The position numbers and the translations under genes were made by a program. A stretch of 63,005 bases of DNA, the filler included, from Chrysochromulina tobinii (Eukaryota): NCBI GenBank assembly GCA_001275005.1. It is 3 parts of 3 records of this genome, joined end to end, with 100 filler letters (N's around TTAATTAATTAA, not from the genome) between each part and the next. Parts side by side here need not be neighbours in the genome. Positions count along the whole stretch, not along the records: positions 1 to 28,054 come from JWZX01001417.1; 2 more parts are not named here. One strand, written 5' to 3'. The stretch's first letter is position 1; the number at the start of each line of letters is the position of its first letter. The notes below the pieces were generated by a model. The model was given only the letters and a program-made list of their open reading frames with translations, was not told where the DNA came from and ran no database searches. Positions 1-11,793 of this stretch are shown here, in pieces.

Positions 1-2130
1 CCCTCCTCCTCCTCCTCCTCCTCCTCCTCCTCCTCCCCGCCACTCTCGCCGCATGAGGATCCGCCGCCCCAGTCGATGCAAAGGCCATTCGGCGTATGCT
101 TCTTCTTCTTCGCCGGCGCCCGCTCTCCTGCCCATTCAGAGGGCAGCGCGCGCTTCAGAGCCGCACGCGCCAAGGGCTCACCGACCGCCGCGGACGCCCC
201 ATCAACCTCGTGCTCCGCGAGGAGGCCGAGGGCGAGCTTCACAGCCTTGACGCTCTGGTACTTGGTACCGTCCGGCCCGATGACAGTCAGCGTCGGAATG
301 GGCTGCCCCGCCTTCCGGGACGTCGGCTTCGCCACATGCACCGTGAGCTTGGCCGCCCAGCCGTTCGGGAGCTGCTCAAAGGCAGGCACGCCGGCCTTGC
401 GCAGCCGTGCGCAGGCCTCGAGAAGCTCCAACTCAGCATCGTCGGGCACGCGCAGCTCCGCAAGCCCGCCGCCGCCGCCGCTTGCTCGTCCGCCGCCGAT
501 GGGGCCAGGGTCAGCAGTGGGCAGATGCGCCGGGCGGCCGTCATGCGCGGTCTTGCGGACCAGATTGGCGGACGAGCTGTAGAGAGCGTGAATTGCCTTC
601 CTGCGCATCGCCGCGGCGCCGCCGTCCATGCGCACTGCTCCGCATGCGGAGGCGTGTGCGGGTTCGATTCCAGCCAGGCCACCCTTCATCTCCACCCGCT
701 GCACATCGCCGCAGCCAGGGAAGGCGGAGGCGTCCTCTGGTGCGTAGCGGGTGAGAATATCGGCGAGGAGCGCCATACGCCCAGCCATAGGCTTGGCCAG
801 CTGGGCAGCGCGCCGCTCGTGCACGCCCAGCGCAGCGCTCGCGGGCGGGCGGAGTACACCGTGCGCGTGCACCATCACATGGCGGAGCTTTGCACCTGCC
901 ACCTCACGCTCCTCCCATGAGGCCAAGTGCGCCTCCCAGCCGCCCTGGCAGAGGAAGGGCGCTGGCCGAAAGGAAAAGGCACCGCCGCCATCGTCGCCGC
1001 CGCTGCCGACGCTGGGCGCGCGACGAGCGGCGGTGGTGCCAGGCGCGGCAGTGACACTCTCCTCAGCCTCCATCCCAAACTTATCGTCCTCGTCGTTGGT
1101 CTCGTCCTCGTCCGTGTCGTCGTCGTCGAGCGCGATCGCTTTGTCAGGCGATGCGCCGTCGTGGGCACGGTCGGCGGCACCCACCTGGCCCTCGACCTTC
1201 TTCTCATGGATGCAGCGACCGCCGCCGCCACCGCCGCTGCCACCGCCGCCACCGCCGCCACCGCCGCCGCCGCTGTTGCTGCCGCCGCCGCCACCGCCCT
1301 TGTCGCCGCTGCCGCTGCCGCCGCCAGCAGCCGCCATTGTCGGCGCTGCCGCTGCCGCTGTCGCCGCCGCCGCCGCTCGAGCCGCCCGCGCCGTTTGAGC
1401 CGCCTATGGGTCTTCCGGCGGGCGGCTTCTCCATGCTCTCGAGCAAACTCTGAATGAGTGTCTTCTTGTGGCGAGCCGGTGGCCGCCATCCACCTTGGGG
1501 CAGCTTAGCGGTTGGTGCGTCGAGGGCCGTCTGCACGACGGCGAGCGCGCCGCTCAGCGTGAATGGCACTTCCTCGGCCATCGGGGCAGAGGGCGCGAGC
1601 ACCATCTCACCCACCAGGAGCGACAGTTTGACGGACATGCGAGTCGCGTGACCCGCCGCCTTCTGCTGCGCCCGCATCGTGTTGAACTCGATGCGCAGAT
1701 GGCCGCCCACCGTCTCGGCATTGGCGGCGCGGCTTTCACGGGCAAGGGCTAGACCCTTCAGGAGTGCATTCGTCGAAGCCTGCCCCGAAGGCGGTGGCGC
1801 CGGAGCTGAAGCTGGCGGCAGAGGTGCTGGATTTGCTGGAGCTGCTGGTGCCGGCGAAGGCGGTGGCGCTGGTGAGTGCGTGGCGCCGTGGCTGTGCACC
1901 TCGCGTTTGACAGCGCGCCAGCGGCCAGGTTCCCCTTTGACGTGCTGCACGAGCCCTTTGCGGGTCTTCGTCACAACGCGGCCCCCGCCAACGTCACATT
2001 CGAAGCGCTCAGGCCCCATGCGCACGTAGCACTCTTCAATCTTCTTGGAGATCTCGACGGCGTAGGGACAGTAGTCGTTCACGCTCGCGGAAGCAGATCC
2101 CTTGTCCCAGTACCACGTCGTAGGAAGCAT
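1..2130 (-). CDS. WWE-domain protein with Gly-rich linker, acidic tracts and an MBD-like module; runs off the window start; one apparent +1 frameshift near 1326
   Basis: ATG at 2130 gives TWYWDKG..YCPYAVEISKKIEECY..DVGGGRVV..RAVKR (WWE-like). A second minus frame, open from about 1553 to base 1, continues the Gly-rich linker. It encodes LPNGWAAK..RKAG..IGPDGTKYQSVKAVKLAL (about 225-375) and ends in poly-Glu from the (CCT)n at 1-35. Confidence 0.6.
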
Positions 2131-2444
2131 GCTGTGGAGATCCTGCACAAGAGAGAGGCAGCTTGGGTCGATCGCTTCCCTCACAGAGAGGGAGTCCGAA
2201 GATTACTGGAAGAATCACTCGCGTTCTAACGGATCGTGCATGCATCGACATAACGACTCCAGCGCGAGACAAAGAGCTAGTCCACTCCCCCAAAACAAAG
2301 ATTGCACGCGAAGGTTTACGGTAGCAGGCAAGTTCCTTCCCCGGGCCGTTGTCTTCCTGAAACTTGCGAGCTTGTCCAGGCTTGTCGCGTTGCAGGGCGT
2401 CGTCAACTTCGCTGTAAAGCGGCGGCTGATCCAGCTGCTCCCAC

Positions 2445-3950
2445 ATGCCACCTCGCATGCAGTTCTCGGCCCGTGGCTCGCCGCGGTACCCTAACCACAA
2501 GCCTTTCGTCGAAGCCGTCGGCGGCGTGCTCCCGGGCTACGCGGGCCACCTTCCAGGTGCCATCAACACGTCGGGCGAGTCTACGTATGTCGGCGTGCCG
2601 CAGACCTTGGAGCCCGGGCTGGCACCCGGCCAGGGCACGCTGAACACGCTCCAACATCGCGGCACCACCGCGTGGCAGGAGATTGGCGAGCCGTACAAGC
2701 CCGCCGCCAGAGCGGACCTCACGGACCAGTTCAAAGGCCGCGTCGGCGGCGTCAAGGTCGGCTACGGCGGACACGTGCCTGGCGCGCAGGCGCACTACGG
2801 CTCAATGCACCAGGGCGGCGTGCCGTTGCACGACTACGCATACACGCCGAGCCAGCCCTCGCCGCCGCACACGCCGAACGCCGCCGAGCTCCGCCGGCAC
2901 ACGTTCGTGAACGCGCGAGAGCTCGCTCAGTCGGACGGCACGCGCCGCCAGTACAACAGCGTGGACAATGCGTCGCGCAGCGCACCCTTTGGCGTGGACG
3001 AGCATGTATACTACGCCACCGAGTCCTCGCGCATGGGGGCACGCTCGCAGGTCGGCGCGTCGGACGGCAGCAGGCCTGGCACGCCGCCGCGCGAGCCGCG
3101 CGCTTTCGAGGCGACGGCAGTGTACGACCGCGACGTGCATCACGGCTCGGCCGTGCGCGACATGGAGAAGTTTGAGGTCCTGAAGCACGCGAGCGTGCCC
3201 ACGCCGGCGTACAAGTCCGTCACCGGTCAGCCGCTCGCGCCCTTTACGTTTGGCCAAGGCCAGCTCGACCCGCCGATCTCCTCTCACGAACGCTGGGCTC
3301 CTCGCGCGAGCGAGCCGGTCGAGTACCCGCACACGTACGAGCTGCCGACGACGCCCTCGCCGCATGAGCGCTACAAGCCAGCCTCGTACGAGCAGGCGTG
3401 GGCTTCGGGCGTCCAGCCCTCGTACTCGTCGCCGCCGTCGTCGTACTCGTCGTCTCGGCATGCCGGTGTCCAGCAAGGCATGTCGGAGCAGCAGGCGCGA
3501 TCGGGCAGCCGCCCATCCATGTACGAGGCACGCCAGAGCTATGGCAGCAGCGGCAGCGACAGCGGCTACGGGTCACCGGCCACTCCGCCGGCCGAGGGCA
3601 AATACCGGTCGCGCTTCGGCGACACGACGCCGCCCGGCTCACGGAGGGAGTTCGAGCAGCTCCGCGATGAGCGCTCATACGAGTTCCGCACGCCGCCTGA
3701 CTCCATGCGCCCCTCGTATGACAAGACGGCGCCGTCTGAGAAGGTCGAGGACTTCCGCAGAGCAGTCGGCGGCGTCATCCCCGGCTACAAGGGCTTCATC
3801 CCTCAAACGCCGGCCAATGTGGGCAAGTCCGACTTCGGCACGCACGACGTGGCTGGCTATCAGCAGATGCAGCACATGCGCGGCCACGGCTACCAGGGCT
3901 ATTCCGACCTGGGCGCGGGCATCTCGCGCCGCAGCTCGCGGGCCGCGTGA
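2445..3950 (+). CDS. Putative ciliary microtubule inner protein (FAM166/CIMIP2-like GYxGxxP repeats)
   Basis: 501 aa ORF with three repeats, VGGVLPGYAGHLPG, VGGVKVGYGGHVPG and VGGVIPGYKGFIP, in a disordered background. Confidence 0.6.
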   Translation: MPPRMQFSARGSPRYPNHKPFVEAVGGVLPGYAGHLPGAINTSGESTYVGVPQTLEPGLAPGQGTLNTLQHRGTTAWQEIGEPYKPAARADLTDQFKGRVGGVKVGYGGHVPGAQAHYGSMHQGGVPLHDYAYTPSQPSPPHTPNAAELRRHTFVNARELAQSDGTRRQYNSVDNASRSAPFGVDEHVYYATESSRMGARSQVGASDGSRPGTPPREPRAFEATAVYDRDVHHGSAVRDMEKFEVLKHASVPTPAYKSVTGQPLAPFTFGQGQLDPPISSHERWAPRASEPVEYPHTYELPTTPSPHERYKPASYEQAWASGVQPSYSSPPSSYSSSRHAGVQQGMSEQQARSGSRPSMYEARQSYGSSGSDSGYGSPATPPAEGKYRSRFGDTTPPGSRREFEQLRDERSYEFRTPPDSMRPSYDKTAPSEKVEDFRRAVGGVIPGYKGFIPQTPANVGKSDFGTHDVAGYQQMQHMRGHGYQGYSDLGAGISRRSSRAA

Positions 3951-5188
3951 GGGGACCGTGCGGGTCCCACTGACCACAGATGGGCGTGACACACGGTGTG
4001 GCCGAGGCGGACACAGGCTCGCTCTTTGCCGCACGAAATGTGACGAGGATCCGAATGCGACGACGCTGGCGGCTTCGAGGAGGCTGGCGACATCCCATCG
4101 AGACGGGCACCTGGCAAGCGCGCGAGCACGGGCGGCCAGTGCGTATGTGGCGTGCAGGGTTGCCCGGAGCGGCTGGCCGTGACGTGTGACGGACGAGAGT
4201 GAGAGTGTGCAAGCGAAACCGCGCCGTCCTCACATCACAGCAATTGGGACACACGGGGGAAATCAAGGATATGTCCATGTGCCGTCATGAAAAGTGTGCT
4301 TTCAGACGCCATAGAGAATGATTTCGTGGACGCTGTGAAAGATTAATCTTCAAGATCAAACTTGTTGTGGACCGGGAGAGTGGACTGTCACACGGCGTTC
4401 GGTCCGCGATAACGAAACACATGATTCGAGCATTCGACACCGCGCGATCGTGCGTGATCTCGCTTCTCGGGCGAGATCATCTCCCGGGACTGGAGATCAT
4501 CTCAAGCACGCGCGCGGCAGGCGCCCCAGGCTGGGGCCGGCACAAAGTCAGCCGCGGCCGATACAGCATACACACGACACCGTAACCCGGCGGGGTCGCG
4601 CACACGTACCTCGATCCTCGCGCGCCCCGGTGGATCCGCGAATCCCAATCCGTATCCGCGTCCGCGCCGCGCCGGGCAGGCCAATTGGGGCACAGGCGCG
4701 GCCGGTCCTCTCGGTTCTCGGATACTATGGGAAAAATCTGTAATCTCTCTATCCCCGGGCGTCAGAGTATCATGCACCATTTCAACTATTACCATCTAAA
4801 GACAAATGCTATGATGAGCCATGAACTCTTGACGTCACAACATATCGAAGAAATTGTGTCGCATGATCTTGAGGTGCGACGAGTCCCCAAAAATACGAAC
4901 GTGCAAGCCATCACGATCGAACTCAAGATCGGACTCTTGGATGAGGCTCTCAACCGTCACGAGCACCACCTCAATATCGAGCAGCTTGTAGCTCCGCTGC
5001 TGCTGATCTGCAAGGTCGATTTAAAGAAGTTGCGTCACACCTTGAGAATGTTCGGCGCCTTCGGTGCTGATGAAAAGCTTGATGCACCAGAGCAGCCAGG
5101 ACGGCCGATCACCCAACTCCTTGTAGCTGCCAAAGACAGCGTTCAGATGCTCAAGCTGCATGCGATTGGCAAACTTTGTGCGACATCA

Positions 5189-5572
5189 TCATGAGCTCTT
5201 GGTCTCGCTCGGCTTTGCTCCCCGCCGCCTCTTGTCAACGGCCTTAGTCGTCTGCTCGTGGATGACGTAGTTCTGCAGGCCGATGATCGCGAGCATTTTC
5301 AACCGGTCGATCTCCTTGGGGTCCTCAACGTGTATCTGCGCCCTGAACTGGCTCCTGATCATCTGCCGCATGGCGTCGCCCTTGGCACTCGCCGCGGCTA
5401 TGTGGTACGTGAGGCGCATGCAATCGCGGTAAAGTTTGAGCGTGGGGATGTCGGTGGGTTTGGCCACCGCACCGAGACCGCCCGGACCCACCGCAGAGCG
5501 GGTGCAGAGCGGGCGCGCCGAGCGTGGAGGCGAGAGCACGAGCGAGCGTGCCACCGCCGCGACGGTCTTCAT
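5189..5572 (-). CDS. Mitochondrial LYR-motif protein (Complex1_LYR family)
   Basis: LKLYRDCMR..MIRSQFR..VEDPKEIDRL motif. The N-terminus from ATG 5572 is Arg/Ser/Ala-rich, like a presequence. Confidence 0.8.
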   Translation of the reverse strand: MKTVAAVARSLVLSPPRSARPLCTRSAVGPGGLGAVAKPTDIPTLKLYRDCMRLTYHIAAASAKGDAMRQMIRSQFRAQIHVEDPKEIDRLKMLAIIGLQNYVIHEQTTKAVDKRRRGAKPSETKSS

Positions 5573-6196
5573 AAAAAGTTGCTCCGTGGCAGAACTAAGG
5601 GCCCAGAGGGCGCCAAGTTCCAAAGTCGGAAACTAAATTGCACACGCACCTGATTGATGACGGAAGTTGTGTCGTCGCCTGGTCGTCCGCCAAAATTTTG
5701 TTCTGTGTGGAATGGCGCGAATTCTTTCCCGCGAAGTGATCCCGCCAAAAAGGGCTACCGGTCAAAGCGCCAAGTCCACACTCGAAGTCGGCAAAGCGCC
5801 CAAGACCGTGGCGCCAAGTCGTCGGCGCGAACATGCGCCGGAGCGCTCGAAACCAACAGGCAGCCATGGATGCGCCAGACTCCGAGTCGGCGACCGAGTC
5901 GCCGCACACGATCATGTACGCCGCCGTGCCCAGCGTCCCGCTCGAGCGACCCTCTGCTGCCTCCACATTGCTGCGTCTGGCCTGCCTTTCCTCAAAGGCC
6001 CGAATACGCTCACCGCGTTTGCCCCGACCGCGCCGCGCTCGACGTCCAGGGCGCCAAACTTTTTGTCCGGTGCTTTCGACGATCAGCCGTCCCCGTATGT
6101 GCCCCCTCTCGAACCTTGATTTCGCCCGCCCAGCCCTATCCCATGCATTGGCATCGGTGCCGATGACGCGTCCGCGCCTCACCTGGCCTATTCAAA

Positions 6197-9100
6197 ATGT
6201 TGTCCAGGATCGGAACGACCAAGCTCGACACGTTGACCATGCCCTCCCGGAACGGCCTGAAGCGTTCACTGCCCAGCCAGTCGGCCGATCTGACCCTCCA
6301 AGCTGGCTCGGAGCTCCAAAGTGTGCGTGAGGCCAACCAGCCCAAGCAACCCAAGCAGCAGCGCAAGCCTCGCGACCGCAAGCAGGCAGGCAAGAGTGAC
6401 CCCGGCGAGCCCGACGACGACGCGCTCGTGATCCCGGCCGCTGCCTCGGCCCCGACTGGTTCCGCTGGCCTGCCGACCGCCGCCACCACTCCGCATCCCG
6501 CCGCGGGCGCGGCTGACCTCGAGATGGCCGTGGCGGCGATGAGCGACGCCAACGCGGCGGGCCTCATCGGCGGGGGCGATGAGGACGGGCTGAAGACGGA
6601 CAACATCGAGGGGCGCAAGGGCGCGTGGGATGTCGAGGAGGACGCCATGCTCATCTCGCTCGTGCAGGAGCTGGGTGCGAAGCGATGGTCCCTCATCGCC
6701 GCGCGCATGCCCGGACGCATTGGCAAGCAGGTGCGTGCGGACTTTCGTGCCCGTTGCTATGAGGCGGTTCCGAGCCCGCGAGCGCTCGTGGCATTCGGCT
6801 TGATCCCCTTGAGGCCTCGTGACCTGACGGTCCACCGCCTCTCACCTCCTCGTCCCCTCCTTTCCCCCCTCACCCCCCTCTTGTCACGACCCGCTTCGCA
6901 GTGCCGCGAGCGCTGGCACAACCACCTCAACCCCTCGATCTGCAAGGAGGCGTGGTCGGCGGAGGAGGATGAGATCATTCTGCGCGCGCACCGCCTCCTC
7001 GGCAACCGCTGGGCCGAGATTGCCAAGCTCCTGCCCGGGCGAACTGACAATTCGATCAAGGTGCGTTGGCCAATTTGGTTTTTTGAGTTCCCCCCACCTC
7101 GGTGGCGCTGCACGCCATGGCTGCACGCCATGGCTCGGCACCAAGCGTCGCGCGCGCGCGCGCCTGGTGGCCTGTTCGCATGGGCCTCTTACCTTGCCCC
7201 CCTCCTGGCCGCCCTCCGGCCCTTGCGCCCCCACCGGATCCTCTCCCCCCTCGCCGACGACCTCAACCCCTCCGTCCCGGTCTCACCTCGCACAACCTCC
7301 TCGCTTGCCGTGGCAGAACCATTGGAACTCGTCGGTGAAGCGCAAGGCGGAGGCGCGCGGGCATGCCGACGGGCCCGCGTCTCACGAGAGCCTCATGAGC
7401 CTCGGAGTGGGCGCTGACTGCAGCGCGGATGATCAGCACCTGCTCGATGTGCTTCGAGGGCTGCCCGCAAAGTCTTTCTCGGCGGGTCTGCTCGTGTCGC
7501 CCCTGAAGCTCGGCGAGCACGCCGACTCGCGCAAGGCGGCGCGGCGCTCCGCCGAACCCGAGGGGAGCGCTCGCCTCTTTATAGCCCGAGGGGAGCGCTC
7601 CCCCGAAGGGAGCCCAGGAGGCCTCTTCCTAGAGTACGACGCCGCGAGCGCGAGCCTGGACGACGAGCTGCTCCAGCAACTGCTCGACAAGAGCCAGAGC
7701 GGCGCGACGGCCGATCGATCGCGGCCGGCCAGTATGGGCACCGATCCGTCCAAGACGCTGCAGCGTGCCTTCGAGTCCGCGTGCGCCTCGCCGCCCACCC
7801 CCACCTCCGGCCCGCGCCCCGCCGTCGGCCGCTCGCCCCTCGGGGGCAGCGGCCTGGTGCCTAGGAGCCCGCGCTCGCGCTACGTGGACGCGGACTCACT
7901 CGCGGCAGAGATGCTCATGTCGCCCACCTCGGAGCAATTGGCAAGCGCCATCATGGCGAGCGCCATGGGCGGCCTCGGCCTCTCGCCCCATTATTCCGTG
8001 CGCGGCACGCGCTCCGCGGGCGCGAGCGGCGCGGGCGCGGGCGCGAGCACCTCGCGCGAGTCGACCGACGGGGGCGCCGGGAATGGGCGCCGACCGCGCA
8101 GACGGTACTGTGGCGCCCTCCTCGCCGCTCGCGAGCCGCCGTCGCACGAGCATCAGCGTCCTCCGAAGCATGGTCTGCTCACCCGCGGCTGACGCGCTCC
8201 TGGAGCTGGCGTGCTCCCCCGACCGCGTGGGCGCCTCGGCCTTTGCATCGGCGCTCCGGACCTCGGAGCTCGCCAGCGCGCCCAAAGGCAGCGGCGGCAG
8301 GGGCGGCTCGCTCCTCGACGGCATGCGCCTAGGCAGCGACGATTCCGGCGTCGAGCGCTCCGTGTCGCGCCGCATGAGCGGCCGCATGAGTGACCTCGCC
8401 ATGGGCAGCTTCGCCCCGAAACGGTCGCGCACCGATGACAGCTCGCGCCTTCACAGCGGCGACGAGGCGGACTCGCGCTCGCCCAACGTGGCGCCCAACG
8501 TGGACTCTCGCTCGCCGCGCGGCGGGCACCCGGGTAGCGCAAGCGGTGGCTCGCGCGCCAACGCCGCCTCTCTGCTCGCCGCTCGCGATGCCAACCATCG
8601 CCAGCTCAAGGCGGCGGCCGCCGCGGCCGCCGCAGCGGCCGCCGTCACGGCCGCGGTCGACGGGCGCGACGGCGGCTTCTATGCGAAGACGTCGCCGGTG
8701 GGCTCGCTGCCGCGGCCGAGCGATGCGTCGCCCACCTCTCGCGTGCTCCTCCTCTCGCCGGGCGGCTTCTGTGCCAAGACGCCCACACCCTCCGGGACCA
8801 CCGTCCCCACCAAGCTGTTCGCGGATACGGCCGCGCAGGCGCTCGCGGTGCAGGCAGCGGCGCAGGCGGCGGCGGCGGCTGTAGCAGGGGGCGCTGCGGC
8901 GCAGGCTTCGATGATGGCGGCGGGTGCGGCAGCAGCCGCGGCAGCAGCCGCGGCAGCGGCCGCCGCGGCGGCCGCAGCGGACGCGCGCGGACTCAAGCTG
9001 ATCAAGCTGGGCGAGGGCGCGGGCGCTCCGGGCGCCCCGGCGGTCGTCACCTCGCTAGCGTCTCACGTGACCCCAGTAGGCAAGGAGGGCGAGGACGGCG

Positions 9101-9828
9101 AGGGCGAGCTGCCCGGCAGTCCGCCGTCGCCGCCGCCCGTGCCGCCGCCGCTCACCATCGAGCAGCAGCTGCATGCCATCAACCGCAAGATCAACGTCGT
9201 CCCTCTGCCAGGCGAGCTCGCACGGCGCCAACGCGCAGCCGCCGCCATAGCAGCTGAGCGCGAAGCAGCTGAGAGGGAGGCGGAAGGCTCAGCCGATTCC
9301 GACCCTGGCACGAGCACGAAGCCGCGCGGCACTGCCGCTCGAGGGGCCCAGGCTGGTCGCGGGCGTGGGCGTGGGCGCGGCACGCGCGGCGGCAGCGGCC
9401 TGCTGAACTCCTCTTCGGCGGCGGCACTGCTGCTCGGCAAACGGCCTGAACGCGAAGGCGACGAGTCGCACTTTGACGAGGGACAGTTGTCCGAGCTCTT
9501 TAGCTGGGACGGGCTCTCGAGTGATGATCCTCTCGGGCTCCTGTACCTAGAGCCCGGCGCCATTGTGGGCCATCCTGAGGGCGGCATGCGGCGCATCGCA
9601 TCGCCCAACAGCTCCGCCGCGGCTGTCGCTGCGTCCGCGTCCGCCGCACGAGCTCGCCCGCCTGCCTCGCCGCGCGCTGCGGCGGTGGCTCGGCTTGGGG
9701 AGCTTGCGATGCTCTGCGGCGAGGATCCGGACGACCTGCTTGCCGAGGGCAACGCCTCTTCAAACACGGCGCGCGCGACGACGACGCCGCAGGCAGCTGC
9801 GACAGGCACTGGCTCGGCGGGCGCGTGA
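6197..9828 (+). CDS. R2R3-MYB transcription factor, 2 introns, apparent frameshift at the G-run 8070-8074
   Basis: [73 protein letters not shown] is restored by GT-AG introns 6731-6901 and 7061-7316. The exact start is uncertain. Confidence 0.9.
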
Positions 9829-10552
9829 GCAGCATGCGGCGCGGCGACACGTCGAGAACGCACGTTCGCAGCGATACACGCGTGCGGGCGTGCGCCACTC
9901 CTGAGTCACTCACGAGTCAGGATGGAAGCACGATACATTCGCACCTATGACCATGACAACAGCGGGCGACGACGAGAGGAAACTCGTGGGCAGGGCAGGC
10001 GCGTGGCCGCATGGCGGCGTGTTCTCCGTGCGTCAACAGGAGCGTGCAGCGGGGGGGCAGGACGAATCGAGAGGCCGAGACGGGCACACGTCGCGACAGC
10101 ATGGGAGGCGTCCGGGTGAGACGTTGTCGTGGGCGCTCGCCAGGGCGCGCGGGGGGTGGACGGGAACCGAGGGGTGGGACCGCACTGTGTGGGATTCAGG
10201 GCAGGGAAGTCACCGGGAGGAAACTCAAGCACCACCGCGCCGGAAGGGGGTGGGCTGTGCGCTTCAAAGGTTGGAGCGCACCTACGAGTAGTGCACACCT
10301 CCGGCACTCTGCCGTGCATATCGGTACACTCCCGCCCGTGCTGAGTGGTCGGTGTGTCGACACGATAGGACAATTCTGTCGGACCGACCCCAGGCCAGCA
10401 CCCACGCGCAGTTTACACATTATGCGCGTGACTGCTTTTGGGCACTCTCGTCTGCTGAGGCGTGAGGGGGAGGTGATGTGCAATGGCAAGGGCTCGCGCC
10501 GTTAAACTCACACCGCACACCGCACATACAGCGCACGTCAGCAGCCGCCGAG

Positions 10553-11491
10553 TCACGGCACCATTCGCGCTCGCACGGCCTCCGACAGCCGAGCGTTCGC
10601 CTCGCAGACCTGCAGGCCGAGTTGCGCAGCTCGACGCACGACCCACCCGTTGAGCTCCTCGATCTCGGTACGCCTGCCCGCGCGCACGTCCATGCACATC
10701 GATGAGTAGTTCTGAGCGTTGTCGCGAGCACACGCATGCACGAAGCCCAGGAGCTCGTCGGCCGACGGCGCACGACCCTCGGTCATCGCTGAGGCGAGCA
10801 GCGCCAGCTCGTCGCACACAGCTCGCGCGGTGGCGATGCCCTCCGGTCTGGCGAGTACCACGCCATTCTGGACGTCCCATAATGCGGTGAGGGGATTGAG
10901 AACTGCATTCGCGGCGAGCTTCAGCCAGAGCCGCCGCTCCGTTTGCTCGCGCGTCTCCACGATGGCAGCGCCGAGCGTTCCGCCGCCAGCGATGAGCGCG
11001 AGCTCCTCGGAGATCGGCTGCCCACGCGCCAAGCACCCCAACCAAGTACTGCCAAGGCCAGCGTGATGGACGTCGCGGCGCGCTCGTGACCATGCACCGT
11101 GCGTCGTCGTTGCTATCAAAGGAGAATCCACGCTGTCGGCGATGGCCTCCGACACAGCCAATGCACCGTTGCACAAGAGGATGATGGTCGCGTCCGCGGC
11201 AAGCCGTGGCTTGACTTCGCGGATGGCGTCGGCGACGGAAAATGCCTTCACCGAAATGATCAGCGTTTGGAATTCTGTGTCGGCATTGTCTACGGCCTCG
11301 CACGCTACAAAATCATGGCGTGCTTCTTCGTCCGAAGCATTGGCCTCAGTTACGCGCACAGCACATCGTCGCCCTGATGATGCAGCATCGGCTGCCCGCA
11401 GCAGCAGGGTGGGCTCTGCCTTGCGCAGTCCGTACGCCCAGAGAGTGCCGAGCGCGCCTGATCCGAGGATGTGGATTTTGCGTTTTGCCAT
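10553..11491 (-). CDS. panE: 2-dehydropantoate 2-reductase (ketopantoate reductase, PanE/ApbA)
   Basis: IHILGSGALG Rossmann motif, SVKAF, LLCNG, WLKLAANAVLNPLTAL and NYSSMCMDVRAGRRTEIEELNG. Confidence 0.93.
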   Translation of the reverse strand: MAKRKIHILGSGALGTLWAYGLRKAEPTLLLRAADAASSGRRCAVRVTEANASDEEARHDFVACEAVDNADTEFQTLIISVKAFSVADAIREVKPRLAADATIILLCNGALAVSEAIADSVDSPLIATTTHGAWSRARRDVHHAGLGSTWLGCLARGQPISEELALIAGGGTLGAAIVETREQTERRLWLKLAANAVLNPLTALWDVQNGVVLARPEGIATARAVCDELALLASAMTEGRAPSADELLGFVHACARDNAQNYSSMCMDVRAGRRTEIEELNGWVVRRAAQLGLQVCEANARLSEAVRARMVP

Positions 11492-11509
11492 GCGATAGAC
11501 CGTGAAGCG

Positions 11510-11512
11510 ACA

Positions 11513-11543
<31 letters not shown>

Positions 11544-11570
11544 GCGCACGCACGCACGCACGCACGCACG
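11510..11570. repeat. (GCAC)n microsatellite just upstream of panE
   Basis: Tandem cacgcacgcacg... visible directly. Confidence 0.9.
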
Positions 11571-11793
11571 CTCGTGCACTCTGGAACCGAGAGTGTCGGG
11601 AGAGAGCCGGCCCGTGTGAGCATAGTGTGAACGTGTGTGTGAATGTGAAGGTGAACGTTTATGTGTTAACAAACACTTAACTGTGCGACCGAGCACACGG
11701 GGGAACCAACAACAAGATCGGTGGATCATTAACTAATAGTCTTTTACGGTGCTGGTGCGTAACACTCAACTTTGCATCCTTTAGTACGCTACG

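Noticed and set aside
8070..8074. Programmed frameshifting in MYB (also at 1326, 29745-29747 and 46008-46010)
   Set aside because: Each break is fixed by deleting one base, three of them in G/C homopolymer runs, with no shared slippery motif. Sequencing indels are most likely.
10553..11491. Recent bacterial transfer of intronless panE
   Set aside because: GC and codon style match the neighbours, many host genes here lack introns, and the family occurs in eukaryotes. A phylogeny would be needed.
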